NCBI GenBank assembly: GCA_943359365.1
Contig: CALRHG010000001.1
Coordinates: forward strand, 1 to 62,813
Length of the DNA: 62,813 bases
Direction of reading: 5' to 3'
DNA from: Candidatus Nomurabacteria bacterium
GTDB taxonomy: Bacteria > Patescibacteriota > Minisyncoccia > Phycocordibacterales > UBA9973
A program made the position numbers and the translations under genes. Below the pieces are notes generated by a model. It was not told the origin of the DNA, ran no database searches, and saw only the letters and a program-made list of their open reading frames with translations. Within the stretch, counting starts at the first letter, position 1; each line of letters starts with the position of its first letter. Of this stretch, positions 26,213 through 36,697 are shown in pieces.

Positions 26213-27998
26213 GAAAAAAGAAACAAAAACAAAAAACTTTTCGTGGCTGGATACGATAAAGGCCTTTTGGTATTTTTTAGATAAAGATAAGCCGAAATTT
26301 ATTTTCGCATTCTTTATTCTTTTGGTAATTTTCTTTTATGATTTTATACCAGTATTTGTTTTAGGAAAAATTTTAGATTTCTTTAATTCGTATAAAGACG
26401 GACAGTCGCTTTCAATTTTTTATTCTTATGTCATTTTTCTAAGCGTTACATACATAATAGCTTCGCTCATTCGATTAAAAAGCAAAAATATTTTAAATAG
26501 AACAGGATTTCATACTCGCACCAGAGCCAGAGTCTGGGGATTTGAGCGGTTGACTGAATTTTCTTTGGAATGGCACAACAAAGAAAATACCGGCAACAAG
26601 CTTCAGAGGATTTTTACCGGCGCGGATGGGGTACGAAATCTGCTCAAGTTGTTCAGCAAGGATTTATTAAAAACCTTTGTCAACATTGCCGGCGCAATCA
26701 TATTTTTTTTATTCACAGATATAAAATTTGTCGCGCTTATTTTGATTTACGGCGCACTCTTTTTCTATATAGAATTTACTTTTAGCAAGAAAGTTTTTGC
26801 TTTCAGCAATGAATTTAATGAGATGAATCAAAAGGCCAGCGGCGCATATATGGAAGGGGCAAGTAACATGCTTTCTATAAAAGCTCTTGGCGGGGAGGAG
26901 GCGATAGCGGGGCGTGTTCTAGATAAAGAAACTCTTTCGCGCGATATTGCAATAAAAAAGACAAATGCTACTAATTTAAAATGGCGCTTTTTTCAGATTT
27001 TAAACGGCGTCAGTCTAGGAATTTTCCTTCTTTTACTTGGTTCCTCAGTAATTTCTCACACAATAACTCTCGGAATGATGCTTGTACTGTATAGTTACTA
27101 TAATGATAAATTCCGAAAGTCACTGGAAGAGATTACTGATTTGCATTCTGATATGATAGATTTTCGGTCAGATATTAGCCAGATGATGCCCATATTCAAA
27201 GAAACTGAATTCATAAAAACAGGCAACGAAAGTTTCCCGAAAGACTGGAACAAGATTGAAATAAAAAATGCGGTGATGGATTATGGCTCAGGGCAAAAAG
27301 GCCTCAATAATTTTAATTTAATACTAAACAGAAATACTAAGACAGGTATTGCCGGAATATCCGGTTCGGGCAAATCCACGCTCGCAAAAATTATCTTGGG
27401 ATTGTATGCGCTCAAGGAAGGAGAATTTAAAATAGGGAAAGAAAATAATATGAAGAATTATTATTCAATTTCTCATAATGAAACGCTAGGCAATATTACA
27501 GTCGTTCTGCAAGAGACGGAGCTTTTCAATCTTTCTTTGCGGGAAAATATTACGATGATGCGTCCCGAAAATAAAGACCTTTTAGATATGGCAGTAAAAA
27601 TTTCTGAACTAGATAAAGTAATTAATAAACTTCCCGAAGGCCTTGACGCTCTGATAGGCGAAAAAGGATATATGCTTTCCGGCGGCGAACGCCAGCGCCT
27701 TGGGATTGCCCGCGCGATTTACAAAAATGCGCCGATTATTATTTTAGATGAAGCGACTTCCTCGCTTGATTCGGAGACTGAAGGCAAAATAATGGAGAAG
27801 CTCCTGGGCGAATACGGCAAAGATAAAACTTTCTTAATTATCGCCCACCGCTTGGGAACTTTGAAGTATACTGACAATATCGCCGTGATGGAGAGAGGAC
27901 AAGCGGTCGAAGAGGGAAGCTACGAAACGCTGATGAACGATAAAAAATCAGTTTTTTATAGATTAAATAAAGAAAAGAAAAATGAATCAAGAATGTAA
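26211..27998 (+). CDS. ABC exporter, fused permease/ATPase
   Basis: Six-helix TMD, Walker A GISGSGKST, signature LSGGERQRLGIARA, Walker B IIILDEATSSLD. Confidence 0.9.
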   Translation: MKKETKTKNFSWLDTIKAFWYFLDKDKPKFIFAFFILLVIFFYDFIPVFVLGKILDFFNSYKDGQSLSIFYSYVIFLSVTYIIASLIRLKSKNILNRTGFHTRTRARVWGFERLTEFSLEWHNKENTGNKLQRIFTGADGVRNLLKLFSKDLLKTFVNIAGAIIFFLFTDIKFVALILIYGALFFYIEFTFSKKVFAFSNEFNEMNQKASGAYMEGASNMLSIKALGGEEAIAGRVLDKETLSRDIAIKKTNATNLKWRFFQILNGVSLGIFLLLLGSSVISHTITLGMMLVLYSYYNDKFRKSLEEITDLHSDMIDFRSDISQMMPIFKETEFIKTGNESFPKDWNKIEIKNAVMDYGSGQKGLNNFNLILNRNTKTGIAGISGSGKSTLAKIILGLYALKEGEFKIGKENNMKNYYSISHNETLGNITVVLQETELFNLSLRENITMMRPENKDLLDMAVKISELDKVINKLPEGLDALIGEKGYMLSGGERQRLGIARAIYKNAPIIILDEATSSLDSETEGKIMEKLLGEYGKDKTFLIIAHRLGTLKYTDNIAVMERGQAVEEGSYETLMNDKKSVFYRLNKEKKNESRM

Positions 27999-29643
27999 AA
28001 AATGCAAACAGGGTTTCACTTTAGATAAAGACGATCTAGGTTTTTACGAAAAGATGAAAGTTCCGCCGCCCAAAGTCTGCCCGGATTGTCGCTTTAAAAT
28101 GCGCGCGATGTTTCGCAATGAAACGACGCTTTATTCCGGGCGCAAATGCGCTCTTTGTGAAAAGAGTATTGTTTCCATGTTCAACCCCAAAGCCCCTTAC
28201 ACTGTTTATTGTTACGATTGTTTTTATTCTGAAAAATGGGATCCGAAAGAATATGCTATGGATTATGACGAAAACAGACCTTTTTTAGAACAATTTGGCG
28301 AGTTATTAAAAAAGGTTCCTAAGATCACATTGTATCTCAACGCGGCGGACGGAAAAAATTTAAATAGTGAATATGTAAATATGGCTGGCGGTCTGAAAAA
28401 TTGCTATCTGGTTTTTAATACAAGCCCATCGGAAGATTTGTTATATTCGAGAGGCGTCAGGCACGGAAAAGATGCTTCGGATATATATTTCGGTACCCAT
28501 CTTGAGCGGTGCTACGAATGCGTAAATGTGCAACAGTCCGCAGGGATACTTTTTGGCAAGAATGTCACCGGCTCAGTGGATTCAGCTTTTCTTGTGAATT
28601 GCCGGGGCGTAATAAATTGTTTCGGTTGCGTTAACTTAAACACCAAGTCGTATTATTTTTTAAATCAGCCGATACCGCCGGACGAGTACAAGAAAAAAGT
28701 GAACGAAATTCTGGGGTCTTACGAAAAAATTCAGGAATTCAAAAAAGAATTTGAAAAATTTGTTCTTAATTTTCCGATGCGGGAGAACAACAACCTCAAG
28801 ACTGTCAACTCAACCGGGGATTATCTGTTTGAATGCAAGAATGTCAAGGATTCTTTTGAAGTTACAGGAGCGGAAGATTGCCGTTATCTTTTTTCTTCAA
28901 AAGAGGCCAAAGATTCTATTGGCACCATAGGTTATGGCACAAAGTCGGAGCGAATGCTCGAAGTAGTGGCTACCGGCCTTTCGAGTAATATTATAGGCAC
29001 ATACGGTGCGGAAAATTGCAGCGATATTTTGTACGGATTTTTTATCAAAAATTGCAAGAGTTGCATTGCTTGCGACGGGCTAAAGAATGCGCAATATTAT
29101 ATTTTTAACAAACAATATACAAAAGAAGAGTACGAAAGACTGCGCGCAAAAATTATCGAAGAGTTAAAAGAAAAAGACTTATACGGATTGATCATCCCGG
29201 TAGAGCTTGCCCCTTTTGCTTACAATGAAACTATTGCAGAGGACAGGTTTCCACTTGCGAAAGAAGAAGCGCTAGCACAAGGTTTTCGCTGGGAAGATGA
29301 TATACAAAAGACGGAAGGAAAGGAGACAATGACACCGGAAAATATTCCGGATAATATAAAAGATATTCAGGATTCGATTACCAGCGAAATTTTAAGGTGT
29401 ATAGATTGCAATAGGAATTATAAAATAATCGCTCAGGAACTTTTATTTTACCGCAAAATGAATATTCCAATACCGCGAAAATGTTTCTATTGCCGTCACC
29501 AAGACCGTATCCTCCGCCGAGGGCCGTATAAATTCTGGAATCGCAATTGCGCGAAGTGCAAAAAGGAGATTATAACCAATTATTCCCCAGATAGAATGGA
29601 GATCGTGTATTGTGAGAAATGTTATCAGCAGGAGGTTTATTAA
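27982..29643 (+). CDS. Cys-rich multi-zinc-ribbon protein, family member 3
   Basis: 553-aa paralog that ends ..IVYCEKCYQQEVY. It overlaps the end of the ABC gene by 17 nt. Confidence 0.85.
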   Translation: MNQECKKCKQGFTLDKDDLGFYEKMKVPPPKVCPDCRFKMRAMFRNETTLYSGRKCALCEKSIVSMFNPKAPYTVYCYDCFYSEKWDPKEYAMDYDENRPFLEQFGELLKKVPKITLYLNAADGKNLNSEYVNMAGGLKNCYLVFNTSPSEDLLYSRGVRHGKDASDIYFGTHLERCYECVNVQQSAGILFGKNVTGSVDSAFLVNCRGVINCFGCVNLNTKSYYFLNQPIPPDEYKKKVNEILGSYEKIQEFKKEFEKFVLNFPMRENNNLKTVNSTGDYLFECKNVKDSFEVTGAEDCRYLFSSKEAKDSIGTIGYGTKSERMLEVVATGLSSNIIGTYGAENCSDILYGFFIKNCKSCIACDGLKNAQYYIFNKQYTKEEYERLRAKIIEELKEKDLYGLIIPVELAPFAYNETIAEDRFPLAKEEALAQGFRWEDDIQKTEGKETMTPENIPDNIKDIQDSITSEILRCIDCNRNYKIIAQELLFYRKMNIPIPRKCFYCRHQDRILRRGPYKFWNRNCAKCKKEIITNYSPDRMEIVYCEKCYQQEVY

Positions 29644-29668
29644 CCCCAGAGGCAAGACCTATGGGGTA

Positions 29669-30364
29669 CTAAATCCCATGCACTGCTCTATAAGTTCCCA
29701 CGATCGCTGCAGTTTCGCCGCGAAGAGTAAGTGCACCTAGGGAGGCTACAGTGAAGCTGGAATCTTTCGCTAATTTTATTTCATTCTCTGTGAACCCGCC
29801 TTCCGGCCCGACAAAAATGCTGATTTCTTTAGCATTTTTGTCGGGCGCATATTCTTTTCCACCCAAGTGAAAAATAATTTTTTCGCCTTCTGCACCAAAA
29901 ATCGCATCTTTGAAATCCAAAATAGGGGAGAGTGTGGGCACAATGCTTCGCCCGCATTGCTCGCTTGCTTCTAGAATTATTTTTTCCAAGCGAGGAATAT
30001 TTAATCCGGTTTTTATCGTGCGTTCGGTAATTACCGGAATAATTTTAGATACTCCGCATTCTACAGCTTTCTGCACTGCCAGTTCAAAATTTTCCTTTTT
30101 CAGAATCGCTAAATAAAGATTGACTATTTTTCCAGCAAGGGTAGTCCTTGCTCGAAAGTTTTTAACTACTGTGCCTGTAATTTTTTCTGAAGATAAAAAT
30201 TCCAAAGTTACTTCTGCTTCTTGACCCTTCCCGTCTGAAAGTATAATTTTATCACCAATTTCTAGCCTCAAAACAGCCCGTATTTGCTTGATTGTTTTTG
30301 GGTCTATGATTTCTATCTCATTTTTCGACAAGTCGTATTTTCCAATAAATCTATTTAAGCGCAT
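29669..30364 (-). CDS. rsmE: 16S rRNA (uracil1498-N3)-methyltransferase RsmE
   Basis: MRLNRF start, PUA-like N-terminus, and IFVGPEGGFTENEI with LGALTLRGETAAI motifs. Confidence 0.85.
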   Translation of the reverse strand: MRLNRFIGKYDLSKNEIEIIDPKTIKQIRAVLRLEIGDKIILSDGKGQEAEVTLEFLSSEKITGTVVKNFRARTTLAGKIVNLYLAILKKENFELAVQKAVECGVSKIIPVITERTIKTGLNIPRLEKIILEASEQCGRSIVPTLSPILDFKDAIFGAEGEKIIFHLGGKEYAPDKNAKEISIFVGPEGGFTENEIKLAKDSSFTVASLGALTLRGETAAIVGTYRAVHGI

Positions 30365-30402
30365 GCTTTTATGATATACTTTATATACTAATTTTCAAGC
30401 AT

Positions 30403-31896
30403 ATGCCCAAGCCGAATCGAGTGCAAATAATCAAATACGGGCCTCCACCTCCGGAACTCCCGGTTTTTGGAAAGGTTAAACCGGAGGAAGTTTCTTTTAT
30501 CGGGCGGACGAATTACGTTGCTTCTCTCGAAGAAAAAAAATTCATTTTCGGCATCAAGCGCGTAGACCGCAGGCGCCACCTGTATATCATCGGAAAGTCC
30601 GGAGTCGGCAAGACAAAGCTTCTAGAATTGATGCTCCGACAAGATATTTCATACAAACACGGACTCTGTCTAATTGATCCGCACGGCGATGTCATCGAAG
30701 CGATGCTGGAATACATTCCAAAAGAGCGCATCGAAGATGTCTGTATTATTGACCCTACCGATCTTGATTTTCCGGCATCTTTCAATCCGCTCTCCAACGT
30801 CGACCCATTATTTAAATTCCAACTAACTCAGGGTCTCATCGAAGTTTTTCAAAAACAATTCGGAGCGAACTGGACGCCCCGCCTCGAACACGTCTTTCGT
30901 TTTACTTGTCTAGCGCTTCTCGACTATCCGCATGCGACCATGCGCGGCATGATCTCGATGCTGACAGACAGAAATTACAGGCAGAAAGTAGTGGAATACA
31001 TTACGGACGACATGGTGAAAAGATTCTTTGCAATCGAATTCGCTGACTGGTCGGAGAAATTCGACACCGACGCCATCATTCCGCTCGTCAACAAACTCGG
31101 GCAATTTCTCTCTGACCCGCTCTTAAGAAATATTTTCGGTCAGAAGCAAAACAAGATTGATATTAGCAAGCTCATGAACGAACAGAAAATTATTCTGATT
31201 AATCTTTCAAAGGGTCGCCTCGGCGAAGAAAATTCTTCATTCTTGGGGTCCATATTTCTCACGAAGATCAAGCAGGCGGGCATGGAGCGCGCCGCCATGC
31301 CGGAGTCAGCGCGAAAGGATTTCTATATATATGTCGACGAGTTCCAAAACGTAGTGACGCAGACTTTCGAAAACATTTTGTCGGAGGCGCGAAAATACGG
31401 TCTTAACCTCACCATGGCGCACCAATATGTCGGGCAGATTATTACCAAAGTGCATCAAGCGGTGCTCGGTAACTGCGGTAGTATTATTACCTTCCGTATC
31501 GGCGGTGAGGATGCGGTGAAATTAAAGCCGGAATTCGCTCCACTCTTCGATGTGAAAGATATGATTAACCTCGCGGTCACCGAATTTTATATCAAGATGA
31601 CGATTGACGGCGAATCTTACGATCCGTTTTCCGCCGAGACGCTCCGCGTGCTTCCGCCGAATCATCCTTCGTACCGACAAGAAATTATCGACGCTTCGCA
31701 CCGAAAATATTCCATACCAAAAGGCGACGCGCAGAAACTTATTCTCGAAGAAGAAGCGACGATTATCCGCAGTTCAGAAGAAAAAGCTATTATTGAAGGG
31801 AAGGGAAAGGGAAAAACCGGAGACGAAACAACTCCGACGCCCGAGGGGTCGGAGTCCCGACCAAAAGCGTCGGGAGAAGCTGAGCCGATGATCTAA
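30403..31896 (+). CDS. T4CP/TraD-VirD4-like P-loop ATPase, paralog 2
   Basis: Walker A IGKSGVGKT, Walker B FYIYVDEFQNV, ARKYGLNLTMAHQY. Collinear with 24032-26179 and has no TM segment. Confidence 0.75.
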   Translation: MPKPNRVQIIKYGPPPPELPVFGKVKPEEVSFIGRTNYVASLEEKKFIFGIKRVDRRRHLYIIGKSGVGKTKLLELMLRQDISYKHGLCLIDPHGDVIEAMLEYIPKERIEDVCIIDPTDLDFPASFNPLSNVDPLFKFQLTQGLIEVFQKQFGANWTPRLEHVFRFTCLALLDYPHATMRGMISMLTDRNYRQKVVEYITDDMVKRFFAIEFADWSEKFDTDAIIPLVNKLGQFLSDPLLRNIFGQKQNKIDISKLMNEQKIILINLSKGRLGEENSSFLGSIFLTKIKQAGMERAAMPESARKDFYIYVDEFQNVVTQTFENILSEARKYGLNLTMAHQYVGQIITKVHQAVLGNCGSIITFRIGGEDAVKLKPEFAPLFDVKDMINLAVTEFYIKMTIDGESYDPFSAETLRVLPPNHPSYRQEIIDASHRKYSIPKGDAQKLILEEEATIIRSSEEKAIIEGKGKGKTGDETTPTPEGSESRPKASGEAEPMI

Positions 31897-31936
31897 ATTT
31901 TTTGATTTTTTTTAAAAAATTTGATAATATAAAAAT

Positions 31937-33031
31937 ATGAGCAAAGATTACTACGAAACATTAGGAGTAAATAAAGGCGCGTCAAAAGACGAGATAAAGA
32001 AGGCTTTTTACAAGTTGGCGCACAAGTATCACCCTGACAAAAAAGAAGGCGATGAGAAGAAATTCAAGCAGGTAAACGAGGCCTATCAGGTGCTTTCAGA
32101 CGACTCTAAACGCTCAAAATATGACCAATTTGGGTCGGGTTTTGAAAACATGGGGGCTGGCGGAGGCTACGGTCAGCAGCAAGGAGGCTTTGGCGGATTC
32201 GACTTTTCTGGCTTTCAGAATGGCGGCGGTGCGGAGTTTGATTTTGGAAACTTAAATGATATTTTCAGTGATTTCTTCGGCGGCGGGGGAGGAGGCAGAA
32301 GGGAAGCACGCCGAGGCCGAGACATTTCGACAGAGATTTCCATTTCTTTCTCAGATTCCATTTTCGGTATAAATAGAAAAATTTTAATTACTAAAACTTC
32401 TAGCTGTATGACTTGCCATGGCTCCGGCGCGAAAGCGGGAACAAAAATGGAGACTTGCAAGACCTGCAACGGGCAGGGCAAAATCCGCGAATCCAAAAGA
32501 ACAATTTTTGGAAATATTGCGAGCACAAAAGTCTGCGAACACTGCCTCGGCGCGGGCGAAGTGCCGAAAGAAATTTGCGACACATGCAAAGGCAAGGGCG
32601 TAATGCGCCGAGAGGAAGAAGTCTCCATAGTCATTCCAGCTGGTATACGCGACGGCGAAATGATCCGCATGACAGGCTTTGGTGAAGCGGTGTCCAAGGG
32701 CACTACGGGGGACTTATATATAAAAATAAATGTGGCTCCGCATCCGGTTTTCAAGCGCGATGGGCATGACCTGGTGATGAATTTGAATTTGAAACTTTCT
32801 GATGCACTTCTCGGCACGGAATATCCGATAGAGACTCTTGACGGACAAATTGAAGTGACGATTCCGGAAGGCGTGGGCATAAATGAAATTCTCCGTGTAC
32901 GCGGCAAGGGCGTTCCAGTTTCTAAATCTAAACGCGGCGATCTTCTGATCAAACTCAACATCAAACTTCCATCAAAACTTTCTCGAAAATCACGCGAAAT
33001 AATAGAAGAACTCAAAAAAGAGGGGATATAA
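31937..33031 (+). CDS. dnaJ: molecular chaperone DnaJ
   Basis: J-domain with HPD (KYHPDKK), a G/F-rich region and four CxxCxGxG repeats. Confidence 0.95.
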   Translation: MSKDYYETLGVNKGASKDEIKKAFYKLAHKYHPDKKEGDEKKFKQVNEAYQVLSDDSKRSKYDQFGSGFENMGAGGGYGQQQGGFGGFDFSGFQNGGGAEFDFGNLNDIFSDFFGGGGGGRREARRGRDISTEISISFSDSIFGINRKILITKTSSCMTCHGSGAKAGTKMETCKTCNGQGKIRESKRTIFGNIASTKVCEHCLGAGEVPKEICDTCKGKGVMRREEEVSIVIPAGIRDGEMIRMTGFGEAVSKGTTGDLYIKINVAPHPVFKRDGHDLVMNLNLKLSDALLGTEYPIETLDGQIEVTIPEGVGINEILRVRGKGVPVSKSKRGDLLIKLNIKLPSKLSRKSREIIEELKKEGI

Positions 33032-33032
33032 T

Positions 33033-33635
33033 ATGTTGCCTGAAGAAATTGTTTTGGTGGGAGTCGCTATAAATCTATTTTATTCTATTTGGTATATTAG
33101 GACTATTTTTCGAGGCGGCACCAGGCCGAATTTAATTTCTTGGTCCATATGGACAATTGCCCCCTTTCTTGGTTTCTTTTTTATGATTCGAGCCGGAGCC
33201 GGATTAGCCGCAACTCCGATTTTTATGGCGGGGTTCGGATCTCTTTTGGTTATCATTTTTTCGATATTTAAGAGAAACGCTTTTTGGAAAATTCAGCGGT
33301 TTGATCTAGTGTGCGGTTTGTTATCATTAGTTGCGTTGATTGTTTACGTTACCAGCCAAAATTTACCAGTATCTATTTTCTTCGCGCTTGCGAGCGATTT
33401 GCTCGCTTTTATTCCAACATTTGTTAAAACATGGAAATTTCCCGAGACAGAATCAAGTACGACATATTTTGGCGGTATAGTAAACAATTTTTTGGCTTTG
33501 CTCATAATCAAAAACTGGACTTTCTCCATTTACGCATTTCCGCTTTACTTAATGCTTGCAAATTTAGCAGAAGTTTACTTGATCTACCGCAAGAAAATTT
33601 TTAAACGACACAAGGTTGACAGCATTTCTGCATAA
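33033..33635 (+). CDS. polytopic membrane protein, unknown function
   Basis: 200 aa with about 6 hydrophobic helices. It starts 1 nt after the dnaJ stop. Confidence 0.5.
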   Translation: MLPEEIVLVGVAINLFYSIWYIRTIFRGGTRPNLISWSIWTIAPFLGFFFMIRAGAGLAATPIFMAGFGSLLVIIFSIFKRNAFWKIQRFDLVCGLLSLVALIVYVTSQNLPVSIFFALASDLLAFIPTFVKTWKFPETESSTTYFGGIVNNFLALLIIKNWTFSIYAFPLYLMLANLAEVYLIYRKKIFKRHKVDSISA

Positions 33636-33829
33636 GTATATACTTAAAAGACAGTCATGAACACAAAATTTTTCAAATTTTACACAGTTTCTCCCGCACC
33701 GATGCCTAAATAGCAGTCGGGGTATATTAAATTTCTTATTCAATACATTCAAGCGGCCCCGACGAAGAAGGGGCTTTTTATTTCTTAACTAGTCTCTCAA
33801 AGCTGAATGTCTAATAAACTAATTAATAT

Positions 33830-34918
33830 ATGAAAATAATAACTGAAGAAATATTGACCGAACTAATCAAAACGCATGGAGGAATAGAAAATTATCTAAA
33901 AGATCTAATGAAAGTTTTAAAAGAAGACTTTTCCCGATGGCAGGAGTTTAACAAAATTCCTCGCCCTTCGATGCAGGTGCCGGGCGGAGTGCTGGAGCTG
34001 ATGCCAATATGCGATAGCAAGTATTACACATTCAAGTACGTAAACTGCCACCCAAAAAATCCACAAACTGGGCTCATGACCGTAGTCGCTACCGGCCAGC
34101 TTAGTCGCATAGATACCGGGTATCCATTGATGTTTTCGGAAATGACAATATTAACAGCTTTGCGCACCGCAGCGACGACGGCTTTGGCGACGGATTCAAT
34201 GGCAAAGAAGAACGCCAAAGTGCACGCAATTATAGGCACGGGCGCGCAGAGTGAGTTTTTGGTTGCCGCGCTAAAATTGGTGCGAGATATAAAAGAAGTC
34301 AGGTATTTCGACGTTGATTCTCGCGCGATGGATAAATTTGAAAAGAATATGAAAAATAGTTCTTTTAAATTGACGCGCTGTGCAGATGTCGAGGCGGCGG
34401 TTAAAGGAGCGGACATAATAACGACTTGCACGGCCTGCAAGGCGCAAGTGGATGTGCTGAAAAATGACTGGATAAAATCCGGCGTACATATCAATGCGCT
34501 CGGAGGCGATACTGTCGGCAAGACGGAACTAGAATTCTCGATATTGTCTCGAGGTAAAATAGCGGTAGAATATTTCGACCAGTGCATCATAGAGGGTGAA
34601 ATTCAGCGATTCAGTAAAAAAGAAGGCAAGAAAAAAGTGTATGCCGAGCTGCATGAACTTTTCACGGGCAAAAAAAACGGACGCGACAGCGATACAGAAA
34701 TTACCCTATATGACTCCGTCGGAGTGGCAATTGAAGATTATTCCGCTCTTCGGCTTACCTATGAATTAGCGAACAAGTATAATCTGGGGGGCGAACTAAA
34801 TTTTACCCCGGCATTGTCCGATCCTAAAAATTTAATTTCGCTGCTAGAGTCGAATTATCAAACTAAAAAAATAAAATTATATGGCAACCATCGAAGACTT
34901 TCAGAAGCTCGACATTAG
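33830..34918 (+). CDS. ornithine cyclodeaminase / mu-crystallin family protein
   Basis: Rossmann motif HAIIGTGAQSEF, and length and overall pattern typical of the OCD family. Confidence 0.65.
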   Translation: MKIITEEILTELIKTHGGIENYLKDLMKVLKEDFSRWQEFNKIPRPSMQVPGGVLELMPICDSKYYTFKYVNCHPKNPQTGLMTVVATGQLSRIDTGYPLMFSEMTILTALRTAATTALATDSMAKKNAKVHAIIGTGAQSEFLVAALKLVRDIKEVRYFDVDSRAMDKFEKNMKNSSFKLTRCADVEAAVKGADIITTCTACKAQVDVLKNDWIKSGVHINALGGDTVGKTELEFSILSRGKIAVEYFDQCIIEGEIQRFSKKEGKKKVYAELHELFTGKKNGRDSDTEITLYDSVGVAIEDYSALRLTYELANKYNLGGELNFTPALSDPKNLISLLESNYQTKKIKLYGNHRRLSEARH

Positions 34919-35216
34919 AGTAGGGAAAATAATCGAAGTGAATGATTTTCCGGAAGCGAAAAAGCCCGCGTACAAACTCAAAATAGATTTCGGATCAGAA
35001 GTCGGCATAAAAAATTCCTCCGCGCAGATAGTGGCGTTGTATCAAAAAGAAGAATTGTTGGGAAAAATAGTTCTAGGCGTGGTAAATTTCCCGCCGAGGC
35101 GGATCGGCCCGTTTGATTCCGAAGTGCTGACCCTTGGCGTACCCGATAGCGAAGGAAGAGTTATATTAATCCGGCCGGACAAAGATAGTGCTATTATAGG
35201 CGGAAAGTTATTCTAA
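34881..35216 (+). CDS. tRNA-binding domain protein (CsaA/YgjH type)
   Basis: FQKLDIRVGKIIEVNDFPEAKKPAYKLKIDFG..., an OB-fold tRNA-binding domain. Confidence 0.75.
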   Translation: MATIEDFQKLDIRVGKIIEVNDFPEAKKPAYKLKIDFGSEVGIKNSSAQIVALYQKEELLGKIVLGVVNFPPRRIGPFDSEVLTLGVPDSEGRVILIRPDKDSAIIGGKLF

Positions 35217-35217
35217 T

Positions 35218-35251
35218 TAAAAATGAGCAAGGGAGTCCTTGCTCATTTTTG
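35218..35251. terminator. bidirectional intrinsic terminator between convergent genes
   Basis: AAAAATGAGCAAGG-GAGT-CCTTGCTCATTTTT is a perfect 10-bp stem flanked by an A-run and a T-run. Confidence 0.8.
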
Positions 35252-35311
35252 TATCTAAAATTCTAGCATATGCGGAAATCTTAGATAACGATTTCTTGTG
35301 CTAGGTCTTGC

Positions 35312-36697
35312 CTAGATTTTATAAATTCTTTGTCCTTCTTCTGTGTCTTTTACTTCATAACCCAAAGTGTTGATTTTTTTTCTTAGTTCGTCAGATGTTT
35401 TAAAGTCTCTATTTTGGCGTGCGGCCTCTCGTTCTCTAGATAGTTTCTTCAATTCTTCCGGCATTTTTTCTACCTTGATATTCTCGAAGCCTAGTCCTAG
35501 CACTTTATCAAAATCCAGCACAGTGGCTTTTTTATCGGCTTTGGAAATATTTTCATCTTTGATGACATCCCACAAAAGAGCTAGCGCTCTTGGCGTGTCT
35601 AGATCATCATTTATAAAATCTTTGAATTTTTGCTGGTATTCTAGGTTTACTCTGCCTGTATCTGCGCCCAATTCTAGGTATAGATTATAAAGGCGTTTTA
35701 GGGCCGTTTCTGCGCCCTCCAGGGCTTCCAGGACGAAGTTTACGCGGGTGCGGTAGTTTGCCATAAGTAGCCAAAATCTATAGGCTACGGGGTCTATGCC
35801 TTTATCCAAGAGGTCTCTAAGGGTATAAAAATTCTTGTCTGACTTCGACATTTTTTTCTGATCCACCAGCACCCATTCGTTATGCATCCAGTATTTCACG
35901 AATTGCTTGCCGGTCGCGGCTTCGGACTGAGCTATTTCGTTTTCGTGGTGGGGGAATATGTTGTCCACGCCTCCGGTATGGATGTCTATTTGCTTGCCCA
36001 AAGTCGCCATAGACATCGCCGAACACTCTATATGCCAGCCGGGGCGTCCTTTGCCAAGTTCCGTTTCCCAAAAGACATCTCCGTCGGCTTCATCCCACGC
36101 CTTCCACAGCGCGAAGTCTTGCGCATTGTCCTTGCCGTATTCGTCTTTTTTTATTCTGCCCATTCTTCCTTGGGCATTTTCTTTTTGATTTTCCAAAATC
36201 AAGCCGGAGAGCTTGCCATAATTTTCGAATTTTTTGATATTAAAATAAACCGATCCATCATCGCTCTTGTAAGCCAAGCCTTTCTTTAAAAGTTTTTTTG
36301 TCATATCCACCATCTCGTCTACGTAGTCAGTGGCCTTGGTGAATTTCTTAGGCTCTATGATATTGAGATATTTTATATCTTTTAAAAATTCTTTGGTGTA
36401 GAACTCGGTAAAATCTTTAAGCGTCTGGTTATTTTTCTGCGAATCGCGGATTGTTTTATCATCGACATCCGTCAAGTTCATTATGTGCTTTACTTTATAG
36501 CCTTCGTATAGCAAAACCCGCTTCAAAGTGTCGGCGAAAATGTACGCGCGATAATTGCCGATGTGCGGATAGTTGTACACGGTCGGTCCGCAACTATAAA
36601 ACAAAACTTCTTTTTTGCTGATAGGGGAGAAGGTTTCTTTTTTCCGCGTGAGGGTATTATACAGTGATATTTTATTGTGTATTTTGCCTGAATTCAT
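35312..36697 (-). CDS. cysS: cysteine--tRNA ligase
   Basis: HIGN (HIGH) motif, KMSKS motif and the WHIECS zinc-site region. Confidence 0.95.
   Translation of the reverse strand: MNSGKIHNKISLYNTLTRKKETFSPISKKEVLFYSCGPTVYNYPHIGNYRAYIFADTLKRVLLYEGYKVKHIMNLTDVDDKTIRDSQKNNQTLKDFTEFYTKEFLKDIKYLNIIEPKKFTKATDYVDEMVDMTKKLLKKGLAYKSDDGSVYFNIKKFENYGKLSGLILENQKENAQGRMGRIKKDEYGKDNAQDFALWKAWDEADGDVFWETELGKGRPGWHIECSAMSMATLGKQIDIHTGGVDNIFPHHENEIAQSEAATGKQFVKYWMHNEWVLVDQKKMSKSDKNFYTLRDLLDKGIDPVAYRFWLLMANYRTRVNFVLEALEGAETALKRLYNLYLELGADTGRVNLEYQQKFKDFINDDLDTPRALALLWDVIKDENISKADKKATVLDFDKVLGLGFENIKVEKMPEELKKLSREREAARQNRDFKTSDELRKKINTLGYEVKDTEEGQRIYKI

Noticed and set aside
32150-32300. GGC-rich repeat in dnaJ as a possible repeat element
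   Set aside because: It is the normal G/F-rich linker of DnaJ.
32215-33015. 266-aa minus-strand ORF
   Set aside because: It is antisense to dnaJ. Its low-complexity S/P/R-rich translation mirrors the G/F and Cys repeats of dnaJ.
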